A stretch of DNA of 64,000 nt from Octopus bimaculoides. Its lineage: Eukaryota. Below, piece after piece: positions 37,560 to 50,555 of the stretch; the stretch's first letter is position 1; the number at the start of each line of letters is the position of its first letter. The notes below the pieces were generated by a model, which was not told the origin of the DNA, ran no database searches, and saw only the letters and a list, made by a program, of their open reading frames with translations. The translations under genes and the position numbers were made by a program. The DNA is taken from NCBI RefSeq assembly GCF_001194135.2, contig NC_068982.1, positions 118,270,331 to 118,334,330 on the forward strand. Direction: 5' to 3'.

Positions 37560-38260
37560 CCAACTAGAGATTTCATTACCTTCGTGCGCTCAGGTCAGCG
37601 GATCAGTTTCAAGAAGAATAAGAAACTTCCTATGAGAGAGGGAAAGTGGAGCAGCTATTGGGTAGTGACTGCAAATTTACCAGGGTGCCAGTTTTCATGT
37701 GCTGTGAAGAAAGGAATGTTGTAAATCCAGTCGAGTTAACTGTCCCTCATGAAGACAACATGGACGCCGCTTGGGCTCGAAAGATTGACCCTCCTCAACG
37801 AATGTGAAGACGCAGGCTGGTAGTGGAGCATTTTCCAATCGAAGTCGGATGTAGAGAGCTTCTTAGACACCATGTGAGACGACGGTTGTTATCGTGAGGC
37901 CTAATTCATCGAAAGGTAAATACCACCATGACCGATATCCAAACTACAGTGGAGAAGACTAGCCACTAAATTTGGTTAAAAAGAGACGATGAGCGATAGC
38001 TGCAGAAGTACTGAGCTGTATTTAATAACCAGTTGATCTAGCAAGCGGTACGTCAATGCGCACGTGGGCCGGTGCGCATTGATGCCCTCGAGAGGTAGGC
38101 CCCAAAACGGCGCGCATTCTCTCCTGATGATCCCATACACTTGCTAGCTTCCGGTATGCGGAGTTCTCGACAAGTAGCACTTGCATGTGCAAGTTGTTTG
38201 CAAGACAACTTGGGGGCTAGTAATGCAGAATGCTTCTGTAGTTTTTGGGACGTTACACGC
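37560..38260 (+). mobile_element. 3' end of an RLE-type non-LTR retrotransposon (NeSL/R2/HERO group)
   Basis: VELTVPHEDNMDAAWARK..LLNECEDAGW..VEHFPIEVGCR..IWLKRDD at ~37730-38010 (restriction-like endonuclease motifs), followed by a GC-rich 3' UTR. Confidence 0.8.
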
Positions 38261-39317
38261 GACTAACCCTCTCCCTCCCAACATATTTGTCTTGTGCCTA
38301 AATCAGAAACAACAGTTTTAGGAGACGGACGGGAATAAAATTACAGGAGAGAAGAGGAAATAACAGTGGATGACAGAGACGAAGAGAGAAAGTAATATGA
38401 AGTAAAACGTGTGCGAAAAAAAGTTGTGGTAAAAAATAGAGATGAAAATCTGCGAAATAAAAGTAGTTGGAGTTATTGAATGAGGACTTGGAAGAAATTA
38501 ATGAAAGAAAAGCGTAAGATATAAGAAAGAGATAGATAAAAAAAACAAAAACACATAATCAAAAAAACAACAGAGGGAACGGGGAAAAGTGGGAAATAGA
38601 ATGAGGCAAAAGAGGGAAATGGAAAGAAAGCTGAGAATAAAATAAAAATAAAATATACGAAAAATGTGCAGCCCAATATAACAAGTGTAATTTCACTAAA
38701 GGAAACAGAGTATAGGTGTGTGACAATAATACATTATGATGTTTCAATTAGTTAAAGACATGTTTTTCAATACAGGGTAGTAAATGCATGTGCGTGTAGA
38801 AAAATGAAGTAAATATCTCAAACACAGAGAATAGAAATATATCAGAATAAAATGAAAACAGGAAGAAATTGGGCAATATACAGTCTTTTAAAAATTGAAA
38901 CACACACACGTCACTCTTTTTATTCTGCTGTTATTTAATTAGTCTTTTTTCTCTTTCGATTTCTTTCTCTTCTTTCTTTTGAAGCCTTTCTCTCTCTTCC
39001 CACTTATCTCTGTCCTTGTTTACTTCGCTTATGTTTCCCGTCTTTTTGTTTTTTCTCCCATCATTTCCATTCTTTTTGCTCATTGTTCTCTAGTTTACTC
39101 CTTCCAGTTTTTTATTCACTGACACCTTCTATTTTATCCCTTTTCAGCTCATTTTCCTCTCTCCTATCGTCATTCTTTGTTCAATCACCGCGTCTGACAT
39201 ATTCACGCAGAAATCAGTTTCTTTCATACTCCTTATTCTTCTTTTGTTTCCGTTTAACTTCTGTCCCTCCTAATATTATTTCTAACTTAAGCACAAACAA
39301 AACTACACGTTTTTCCA

Positions 39318-39505
39318 AGGGTGTTAACTGATTAAATCGACTGCAGTTCTTGATTTGCACTGTACTTTATTGACGAAGTTCGGCTTTGATTTGAACTGTA
39401 ATTTATTGAACCCACAGTCCGGCTGGATTTGAACTCAAAACGTAAATAGCCAGAAAAAATATTACAAGGTCTTTTAAACGACGCTCTAATAATTCCGCCA
39501 ATCCA
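39318..39505 (-). mobile_element. SINE family B relic
   Basis: GGATTTGAACTCAAAACGTAAA..ACGCTCTAATAATTCCGCCAATCC is a degenerate reverse copy of the family B head. Confidence 0.45.
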
Positions 39506-42500
39506 CAGCTATTAAACAAATAGCTATTTCATAGACCGAAGTTAGGTGAATACACCAGTTGATTAAATTAACCATAGCATTTATCTACATGCTTTAATCG
39601 GCTTCATAAAAATGAAAACGAAGTTGCATTCAGTGTGATTTGAACTCATTCACAACATACATTGACTGAAATTGATAGCGAAATGCTTTATCACCGACGT
39701 TCTTCCTATTCTAACAGTATGTTATTTCCTAATAATGATATATACATCCTTATTACGTAATAGCTTTTCTTGAAGAATTGAAAGTTGTCACACCCAAGCG
39801 AAATTCTTAGTAACCTGACAAATGAAATATACCAACACTGTTTTTTAACATTCAGTTTTCTCCTCCAGAACTGTATGATGACATATGCACACACTCATGT
39901 TACAACATATAATTATATATATATACATTCTCATACATGTGCACACACTCTAACACACATACACGTACTTTCACCAGCTGAACTAAGTGCAATTTTATTG
40001 GCGAGAATTTTTGTATCTGTTCATCTGTATGCTTGCTTTGATTGGTGTCAAATAAACACTCTTTCGGATATTCAATCATCTCACTTTAAATACAACGCTG
40101 TTTTCGACCCGTGCCAATTTAAGCATTACATATTCACGGTCCGACCGAGCATATTGTGTATATTATTACCAAGAGAAGACTTGATGAAACGCTTACAGCT
40201 GCTATTATCTTTGTTTGCACCTTTCCGCTAGATATCTTATTACACTTTGTTGATGTTACTTTTATTATTTGCGCACATATTGTTTTACTCTAGAAAAATA
40301 CAATCACTTAAATGTATGTACAATACTCAGGCATCCATTAACTTCGCAATAACAGAGGGTACAAAATGCATGAATGTTCTAAATCATGAATAACATTTAA
40401 TTACACACATTTGATAGGAGAGTTGACTGAACAATCACCGTAGTTACAAATATATAAATTTATTTAACCATATTGAACACAGCAGGAACCATTGCTACAT
40501 ACGTAGTTCAATAAATGACGAGCTAATGTTTCATGCAGAATACTCAGACTACCGATGTATCTCAATATATTTTTCCCACCATGTATGTATAACAGTGAAC
40601 AACTCCTCTTACAATACATGTCAATAGAGGAGCATTTATAAGGTAGCCTGACATATAATATATACGAACAACATAACAAATCATGCAACGGAGAAAAAGA
40701 AGAACACATTAAAGCATGGAGTCTCCCGTAGGCTAGTCCTACGAAGAAAATAAGAACAATTCGGAAAGTAACACATGAAACAAAGTTGTGTGAACTCTGG
40801 TCATTTATGGCTCAGGTACGATTAATTTGCAGCTGCAAAAGAAATAAAAGCAATGGAATTGTGAACAACCAAAACATATATTTCTATAATAGCGAATAAC
40901 ACTTTGTTACAATGCCTAGCTAATAGAAACGGCTCCACATAGTTTGTCGATGTGCTAGAAACAATACCTAGATTTCCATCAATGTGTGCACGACCAACTT
41001 GAAAAGTGAAACATTAATTCGGGTAATGGAGCTATTGATTTTATGTTTGCATAAACAATAAAACCATGGTTTGAATGGCTTTAATCATAGGGCGCCTCAT
41101 TAGGCGTGACCAAGGGTTGAACAATAAGGATAACAATAAATTCAAATCGACATCTACGTAACCGCAAGCACTAAATTGACAATTCTAAAGATTGTTATGT
41201 TTTAATTTGATGAACTTTCATCATCACAAGCAAGAATGGTATAGATGCGATTATTGGTTTGGCTAGACGACCATTGCCTTGCAATTATAGAGGACAGCCC
41301 ATGACATACACTTCAGATGAATACCGACAACAAACACACAAAAATATCTGTTGTGCCAGTAACTACTTTCATCCCAGATTATATACTGATATATGTTAGT
41401 GTAGAGCAACAGTAACAATTCTGCTTTGAGCTGGGTATAATTTTTGCTCGTCCCCATATACTTCTGATAGATTCTAAGAAGATACAGGAATAGACGAAGG
41501 CCAGAGTCAAATCTCTGATAAACTATCGACATTTTTAAGACTTGTTATTCGATCGAGGAGGAACATTAAACTCACAATAAACACAGCTACACTGAAATAT
41601 ATACCAATGCACTTTACAACAATTTACGCAGCATAGCGTACTTAATATATCTCAGATTCTACATAATACAAAAGACTTAGTACCGAACTTACTCAGATAA
41701 CCGCACTGTACAACATTTTCAGAATATGCGTATTTTCACTCCCAGAAATCGAACGTACAACACATTGAAAACCTGGCACTTTCTGTAGGTTTTGATGCGC
41801 AATCTGTCAAATATTCGCAATAATTCACCTGCATATGTATTAATCACTACATAGAATTTGATATATGGCTATATCGCTTCCTCCACAAAAGTACCTGTCC
41901 ATTGTACAAAGCATTGCGTTTGCAATAACTACAAAGCAAAATATTGCCAAAAGAACAGATTAAGATATATATTACAAGCGGAGCTACAAAAACAGTTAAT
42001 ATGCACATACATAAATGCGTGATACATATATTCACATACATAGAAGCGCTGATATAAGAGAGCCAAAACACGCAGCAGATATAAAACATACACTTGATTC
42101 AGCGCATTCAGTGAAACCATTGCTTGGGTGTAATACGCAGGATGCAACTAGTATTATATTTTGAACGGCATACACATATACTAAAATACAATATTCACGC
42201 AGCTTTTAATATATTTCATACAGTAAGCACACGTGCTCCAATACAAACACCTACATATGCAAACACGCGCAAACATGAGCTACAATATAAGACATATATT
42301 TAGCAATACACTTACATGTTGTGAAATACAAGACATTCAACGGGCATATAGAACATGCCGACATTTGAAACAAGAACCATGCAATAACTAAAACAACCAC
42401 TAAATATAATGCGATGCATTATAACACCATCGTCGCGCAAATACCATGATTATTATAACCAAACATGCATTTGTTTCAAAGGACATGCTTTAAGGTTTTT

Positions 42501-44084
42501 AATAACCATTTCTTCAACCACTCGCTCCTGGAGGACTCTAAACAGACGAGAAAGTCTTAGCTAAATGTATTTGATCGAAGTTTGCTTGAATCTACGCAGA
42601 TAATAAAATGCTTGCACCACTAGCGAATGAGTGATGCTAAATTTCCTTGACCAATGTACTAGAAATGGGAACCCGGACGTCATCAAATTATACGTTCCCA
42701 TTTTACAAAAAGAAGCACAATGTAACCAAAAGGTCAATATGCTGATTGAATGTGTGAATGCGTGCACATGTTTGTGCATAAGAGAATGAAGTGGGTGAAG
42801 AAGTGGAAAAAATTAAATCATTATATTTAACCGATTAATCTTATAAAACAATTCATTTCCCTCCTATTTAAATATGCATAGACATTAGAATTCAAAGTGT
42901 GTGCATCCAAATTGCCAAAAAGGATATGTATATATTAAAATAATTTTCGATAATAATGCAAATCCTAAAAAAATTATAATTACTATACCAAATGCATATA
43001 AAATCAAATATTGTTGCGATGGATACTATTTCGAATAGAAATAGCATGGCTATCATATATTTAAGAAAAGCAACGTCATTCGAATAGGAAACACTGAAAT
43101 GAACAGTGTGTAAATATAACACAATATACACACGCTGAAACAACTGCTAAATCAATTCAGCCAAGACTGAAGGTATATAAGAAAGGAAAGTGAATAATCA
43201 TCGTTCAATAAACATATATTACAGATATTATGTTAGTTGGTCAACAATAATTTGGGATTATTTCGAACAATAATTTGGGATACAAATGGGGCAACATATC
43301 ACTTTGGAGATACAAAACTGGAGGTTAGTAATAAACAAAAAATTGTGCATTAAAAAATAAAATATATAGTATACTATGAAATCTGAAAAGAAGGGTGCTA
43401 TGCTCTTTGCTTTTTATTATTTGCCAATAAAAGAAATGCCTATCAGTGTCTATTCGAAGACGTAAATTCCACGTTTGGATGCCACGTTTGAATCACAGCT
43501 ATTTTCCAACCTTCCGGCCCTGAGAGAGTATAATACAGGTCGATGGCGATGAATAGGCAGAGTTATGAGAGCTCCGAGAATGTTATGACATGTGGTGCAA
43601 GTCTTTCTGTCTAAGCAATCAAATGATATGATATAAAAATAAAGTAGCCACTATGAAGCAATGGACGACTAACTTTTTTGAAATTTTGACATGCACAAGA
43701 TACTTTTCCAGGAAGTTATTGACCAGGTGTCGCTGGTCTCCCTGCTGGCATCAGAAAGGATGTAATAATATCCTTAACACAATTACGTATCAATTAATAA
43801 AATGGTTGTGATCTCTCAAAGGTGTTGCTTCATTTATTCTGTCGAATTTAGTATGTAAATTAGTGAACAAACCAAATTTATACATCATTAGACCGCCATT
43901 AACCTTCAACCACTCAACAAAGAATTAGCATGGCTAGAATGTTTAATGCGTACTAAATATTTTTGACTGGGTTCGCTCGAGCAGCAGATCACAATAGCGA
44001 AAGGCGTATTTTGAATTGAATAGAAATTTATGTTCAGAAAACAGTTGAGGGTGAATGAGGGGTTGTGTCTTTTGTAGTTTATCG

Positions 44085-44410
44085 ATATATACATATATGA
44101 TGGAGCAGGCATATGCGATCTTATTGGACTATTTCTACTCGATATGTTGGGCAAGACTTTTCCTAACGTACACTTCGCACTTTACAAAGACGATGCCCTA
44201 GCTTTAACCGCTAATACCAATGGACCAGCAGAGGATCGGTTTAGGAAGGATCTTATCCATTTGATGAAAAATGTTGGTCTTAGCATAACTACAGGTACCA
44301 ACCTGACGGTTGTCAATTATCTAGATGTGTCCTAAGATCTAAATAAGAATATTTATAAACCTTATTGGAAGCCCAACGATAGACTTAGTTATATCAATGT
44401 GGGTTCAAGC
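44085..44410 (+). mobile_element. Penelope-like RT fragment
   Basis: YDGAGICDLIGLFLLDMLGKTFPNVHFALYKDDALA..VVNYLDVS*DLNKNIYKPYWKPND. Confidence 0.8.
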
Positions 44411-44429
44411 AGGAAGAAATTCTTTTTTA

Positions 44430-44830
44430 ATACACAATATACTATCCTTCATTTACTACAATGCTCTTCCATCTATCTGGTAGACTTGCAAGGCCTCTTC
44501 TCTAAAATTCACTTGTCAGTGAGGAATAATATTCCCGGAGTACTTATCTCGTCGACACAATTAATATTTTTTCTGTCTAAATCATTTTGAAGACTGCGGA
44601 ATAAATGATAATCGGTGGGGCAATATCCGACAAATATGCCGGTTGGGTCATAGTTTCCCATTCAATAGCACCAACCTTTCGAATAAAATCCCCGCTGTAT
44701 GTTGCCGGGCATTATCCTAATGAAAGAACACCTTTTGTCTTGAAACCAAAGATGGTAGTTTTTCTTCTACCGTTGACTTATGCCAATCAAGATGCTTGCG
44801 GTAGATCTCCTTTGTTAACGTCTAGTTTGT
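44430..44830 (-). mobile_element. mariner transposase C-terminal relic
   Basis: H*DNARQHTA..WETMTQPAYLSDIAPTDYHLFRSLQNDL..RGLASLPDRWKSIV. Confidence 0.85.
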
Positions 44831-44869
44831 GTTGAAAAGTATGCAGTGGACTAAAACAACTCCCAAATT

Positions 44870-46620
44870 ATTACTAGAAATAAATATTATATTTTCTATT
44901 ATCTCTAAGGAATATATCGATTATATTTAAAATCTCTTTAATAATGTTAGTTTTACCTTGATCGCCGTAAAGAATAATTAGCCAAATGTTGTTCTTAATA
45001 TTCATATTGTTATATTTATTATTTATATTATTAAATTTATTATTATCATTAAATGAATTAATCTTATTTAATCTTATTATTTTTTCCATCATAATTATGC
45101 TTGTTTTTTATTATCATAATACCTATTATTCTTACCATTATTACGTAAGTAAACCTTACCATAATTCTTAATGTTATGCTTATTATTATAGATAATAAAT
45201 GGATCATTAATATTATAATCTTTGATATTATAATCATATTTCAAATTATTAAAGAATTACTATATTATTACTATATCCCGCCCCACGAAGGGCTTCCTTA
45301 TAATAAGGTCCATGTTTTTCGAAAATCTCAAAATTAGAAGAGGGTAACGATATTCTCTTACCTGTATTATATGTTAACGATTTCTTAATTGAGGATGGAT
45401 GATTACTATTAGCATTATTATATCTAATGTTTTCATTAATTTTATGGAATGGTTGGGTTTTACCTGTTATTAAATTAAAGTTAGCATCTAAATAATTAAC
45501 ATTATAGTCCTCATTATAAATAGTAATCGTTAATCCATTTCTGTTTTAAAAACTATATAGCTTCTTATATAATTCTAGTGTTCTATTGGTGCAATTCTTA
45601 GCAATAAAAGGTCATCCCTATATAAACCACCTCCCAATTTTAAGTTTTCTAATTGAAGTTCTGATAATAAATATATAACTACTAAATCAGTTACCTGCGC
45701 AGAATCGGGTGCCCCCATTGGTATATCAAAATCGTCCCTACTATCCTTCCTAGCACACAATTTATTATTATATTTAATAAATGATTCCCTAGTCATTTTA
45801 ACTACATTTACTTCATCATAAGTTATACCTACCTTCTTTATTGCATAATTTAAGGCCCTATTAAGTACAATCTCATTAAAAGAAGAATAATAATTATCTA
45901 TGTCTATTGGAATAAATTTATATCTATTTTTATCTTTAATATCATTAAACCATTTTAAAGTATTTATAGTACTATTCCATAGATTAAGGTAATTAATATC
46001 CTTTAATCTATCTATATATTTATCTAAAATGATCTTACTTAATTTATCCACATCTGATTTGCAAGGACAAATAAGCCCAACTTGAGGTTCAGAATAAAAC
46101 TTATCCTTATGGTCTTTCAAAGTAATTCTAGAGTGCATAGGTACATGAAGTTCAGTTTTATTATCTAACTCATATGTTATCATTATTAATTTAGAGGCTT
46201 CTTTTTATAGAATAAGGAGTATTTTCTGGAACAATTTTATATTTTTTATCAATTTCTTTCTCTAATAGGTTATCATATAATTTAACATCTAGTTTATGCA
46301 GGTTCTTAGTTTTATCTGATTGTACTATAATTCCTTTTATATTTCGCATTTCTTTTATTTTAATAGCTAGATATCATAAATAATCATTATGTCTATTTTC
46401 ACCACCTTCCAGATATTATTTTCTAAAATCTGTATATCCATATTATACGGAGGTTCTTTACTAGATTTAAATTGTGAGTTGATGTAATTGTAATTGTCTA
46501 CATCGTTATTATTAGATGTATTATAATTATTGTAGTAGGCTTTCCATTCAATTCTAGTAATAAAATTCTTAATAGTATTAATAAGATTAAAAATATATTC
46601 ATTTCTAGTTGGAATATGGT
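44870..46620 (-). mobile_element. long Penelope-like element (RT core plus thumb), frameshifted
   Basis: RIEWKAYY, IIVQSDKTKNLHKL, ITLKDHKDKF..LICPCKSDVDKLSKIILD, IDIDNYY, FDIPMGAPDSAQVTDLV, GGLYRDD, NSNHPSSI and NIWLIILY..KTNIIKEILNIID in order. No GIY-YIG before the mariner relic. Confidence 0.9.
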
Positions 46621-46752
46621 TATGAAAGACGTGTAGTCATGTTTACTATTTCAATATTTATTACTTTGTACTTTTATATTATTATTATAGGTCATTTTAT
46701 TGTATTTTGATGGATGAATTAAATAATTGTGGTTTTTTCTCTAAATTATATA

Positions 46753-47175
46753 GGCACAGGAGTGGTTGTGTAGTAAGTAGCTTGCTTACCAGCCACATGG
46801 TTCCAAGTTCAATCCCACTGCGTGGCACTTTGGGCAAGTGTCTTCTACTATAGTCTCGGGCCGACCAAAGCCTTGTGAGTGGATTTGGTAGACGGAAACT
46901 GAAAGAAGTCCGTCATATATGTATATATATATATATATATGTATGTGTGTATATGTTTGTGTGTCAGCGTTTGTCCCCTCCCAACTTTTAACAACCGATG
47001 CTGGTGTATTTATGTCCCCGTAACTTAGCGGTTCGGCAAAAAGACACCGATAGAATAAGAACTAGGCTTACAAAGAATAAGTCCTGCGGTCGATTTGCTC
47101 GACTAAAAGGCAGTGCCCCAGCATGGCCGCAGTCAAATGACTGAAACAAATAAAAGAGTAAAGAGTAAATAGAGT
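46753..47175 (+). mobile_element. SINE family A, best-preserved copy
   Basis: GGCACAGGAGTGGTTGTG..GGTTCCAAGTTCAATCCCACTGCGTGGCACTTTGGGCAAGTGTCTTCTAC.. through an (AAAGAGT)n-like tail. Confidence 0.9.
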
Positions 47176-47814
47176 ATATATATNNNNNNNNNNNNNNNNN
47201 NNNNNNNNNNNNNNNNNNNNNNNNNNNNNNNNNNNNNNNNNNNNNNNNNNNNNNNNNNNNNNNNNNNNNNNNNNNNNNNNNNNNNNNNNNNNNNNNNNNN
47301 NNNNNNNNNNNNNNNNNNNNNNNNNNNNNNNNNNNNNNNNNNNNNNNNNNNNNNNNNNNNNNNNNNNNNNNNNNNNNNNNNNNNNNNNNNNNNNNNNNNN
47401 NNNNNNNNNNNNNNNNNNNNNNNNNNNNNNNNNNNNNNNNNNNNNNNNNNNNNNNNNNNNNNNNNNNNNNNNNNNNNNNNNNNNNNNNNNNNNNNNNNNN
47501 NNNNNNNNNNNNNNNNNNNNNNNNNNNNNNNNNNNNNNNNNNNNNNNNNNNNNNNNNNNNNNNNNNNNNNNNNNNNNNNNNNNNNNNNNNNNNNNNNNNN
47601 NNNNNNNNNNNNNNNNNNNNNNNNNNNNNNNNNNNNNNNNNNNNNNNNNNNNNNNNNNNNNNNNNNNNNNNNNNNNNNNNNNNNNNNNNNNNNNNNNNNN
47701 NNNNNNNNNNNNNNNNNNNNNNNNNNNNNTATATTTATTTATTTATTTATTTATTTATATATATATGTTTAATAGAATTAGGTTTCAAGGAAAAAGACTA
47801 GATGTGGTATAAAT

Positions 47815-49240
47815 AGGGGAAAAGTAAAAAGGAAACGAAAAAAATGCAGATCTGACATAAAGAATAAAAGATTTTCAGAGAAAAACAAAATGCGTACATA
47901 CAATTAGATCATGTGAGGTGGAATTATGAAGTATAAAAATGATTGTAATGAATCGTTATAGAGATTCAAAGACATATCAGTATCGTCAGTGCTGATCACT
48001 GACTTTGAATGAACACCGAGTTCCAAACGGTGTTGGGTCTAATAGTGCCTAAGTGAAAAGATTACAGGCAAGGGATGGAAGCAGTTCTAGAAGTGATGCA
48101 ATTAAGGTAGATGTAAATACTGGAATATGAATGATGTTTGATATGTATCGAAATTAATGGGAATATTGGAATTGGTAAGGTTAGTAGTGTCCTGTATTAA
48201 GTTGTTTGCTCTTGATGAGTTGTGGGTAATATTTATGAATGAGTGTTGACGCTTTATTTAATATTTGCTGTACTGAAGTGTTCTGTGAACGTTGATAAAA
48301 AGGAAAAATTAGGAAGTTCGGTTTTAGATTCCTAGCACATATTTCTAAGGGCTCACTGACCTGTATCTCTCTATATTGTGGGTAGTGGATTTGTTCCTTG
48401 TGAAGATTTGTTCTTCGTCGGAGTGACTTCTTGACGTGTATCTCTCTATATTGTGGGTAGTGGATTTGTTCCTTGTGAAGAGTTGTTCTTCGTCGGAGTG
48501 ACTTCTTGTTTAGCCTATATAGTGATTTCCGCACCCTAAGCAGCTAATAGCATAGATTACGTTTTCAGAGGCACAGGTGAAATTTGATTTTATCTTAAAT
48601 ATTTCACTTTGCTTGAAGTGAAACTCTGTGGCCTCCAAAAGGTGGGGAGCATATGCCAGAGTTAGGCCGCCCGCATTTTTTCACTTTTGGTTCTGTTGCA
48701 AATGGATATAATTTTGTGCTCGTTAATATTTTTCGAATGATTTCGGTTGCATTTGCTCTTGATAATTTTGTGTGAGCCTAAAATTTTGTTCATTGTTTTA
48801 TCTCCAGTGAGAATGGGTAGATTGTGGGTGATGATGTTGCAGGTCCCATTGTTTCTAGGATTGTGTGCGGAGATATGTGGGTGTATTTTTAAATCTAGTG
48901 TAGTATCTGTGTTAACTTTGCTTAATGTTTGTATGTTTATTTCCTTTGATCGTTTAATCCTATCATTTATTAATAAAGTTGGGTAATGTCTCCTGATTAG
49001 TGTTGATTTAAGTTGAAGGAGTCTTCGTTCACGAGTGTTGATATACAAAACTACGGTACAGATTCGTTTCCCTAAATTATAAGGTATATTAATTTTTATG
49101 TGTTTGGGATGGCATCAGTTGAATAATAGTTATTGTTTTGAATCTGTGCGTTTATAGCAGATGTCCTTTTCCAGAAGGTTATTGACTATTTTAAATAGGA
49201 TGTCACGAAAAGGAAATTGTTTATTGCTGTATTCCAGGAA
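47815..49240 (-). mobile_element. Penelope-like element 3' half (thumb, Cys linker, GIY-YIG, pLTR), Neptune-like
   Basis: LEYSNKQFPFRDIL..YKRTDSKQ*LLFN*CHPKH..KCGRPNSGIC..FKIKSNFTCASENVIYAISCLGCGNHYIG..SLRRRTTLHKEQI. Confidence 0.9.
48362..48508. repeat. 75-bp in-frame tandem duplication inside the GIY-YIG domain
   Basis: Units start at 48362 and 48437, encoding KKSLRRRT(T/N)LHKEQIHYPQYREI(H/Q)V twice. Confidence 0.95.
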
Positions 49241-49850
49241 AATCACTATATAGGCCAAACATGATGTCACTCCGACGAAGAACAAATCCGCTACACACAA
49301 TATAGTCAGATACAGGTCCGTGAGCACATAGAAATATGTGCTAGGAAATTTAAACCGAACCTCCTAAATTTCCTTTTTTATCAACATTCAGAGAACACAT
49401 CAGTACAGCAAAAATTCAATAAAGAGGTAACTTCCACTAATAAATATCATCCACAGCTCAACATAAACACACAACTTAATACTGGACACTACTGACCTTA
49501 CCAATTCCAATAATCCCACTAATCTACACACATCCCATACACCATTCATATTCCAATATTTATATTTACCTTAATTGCATTAATTCTAGAACAGCTTACC
49601 TCCCTTACATGTAATCTATTCACTCGGGTACTATTAGACCCAACACCGTTTGGAGATCAGTGTTCATTTAAAGTCAGTGATCAGCTCTGAAGATACCGGT
49701 ATGACTTTGAATCTCTATAAGGATTCATAAAGATTACTATATTTCATAATTCCACCTCAGATCATCTAATTGTATGTATATATCTTTGCTTTTCTTAAAA
49801 AAAGCCTTTATTTTTTATACCCTATGTACATTTTCTTTCTTTTCTTTTTA
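49237..49850 (+). mobile_element. inverted copy of the same PLE 3' end (pLTR-like arm)
   Basis: Aligns in reverse complement to ~47815-48540 at roughly 80% identity by eye; starts abruptly at GGAAAATCACTATATAGG (HYIG motif). Confidence 0.9.
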
Positions 49851-50524
49851 CTTTTCTTCTCTCTCTCCTTCTCTCTCTCTCTGTCTCTACATATATATCT
49901 ATATATTTAATCCTTTATATTGAACACTCAATATTTCATCTATTCAATAAGACATATTCCATATATTCAATAAGACATTCAATACTTTATTTCATAGTAC
50001 CATCCATTTTTATTTTATTTTATATTATATATTGTATATTATATTATATATTGTATATTCCATATTCTATAGCCCACATTGGTTTTGCAGGAATATAAAT
50101 AAAACATAAAAAACAGACAGTGAACTCTTTTAAACAAAATAATATATTCCTCTATACACAATCATACAAAACCCCCTTTTTTGNNNNNNNNNNNNNNNNN
50201 NNNNNNNNNNNNNNNNNNNNNNNNNNNNNNNNNNNNNNNNNNNNNNNNNNNNNNNNNNNNNNNNNNNNNNNNNNNNNNNNNNNNNNNNNNNNNNNNNNNN
50301 NNNNNNNNNNNNNNNNNNNNNNNNNNNNNNNNNNNNNNNNNNNNNNNNNNNNNNNNNNNNNNNNNNNNNNNNNNNNNNNNNNNNNNNNNNNNNNNNNNNN
50401 NNNNNNNNNNNNNNNNNNNNNNNNNNNNNNNNNNNNNNNNNNNNNNNNNNNNNNNNNNNNNNNNNNNNNNNNNNNNNNNNNNNNNNNNNNNNNNNNNNNN
50501 GTAGAAAACAAACAGACATATTCG

Positions 50525-50555
<31 letters not shown>

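Noticed and set aside
49680-49740. CTGAAGA plus hairpin in the PLE pLTR arm (CTGACGA in the other arm) as a hammerhead
   Set aside because: Neither arm has GAAA or a stem I partner after the hairpin; at most a deleted remnant.
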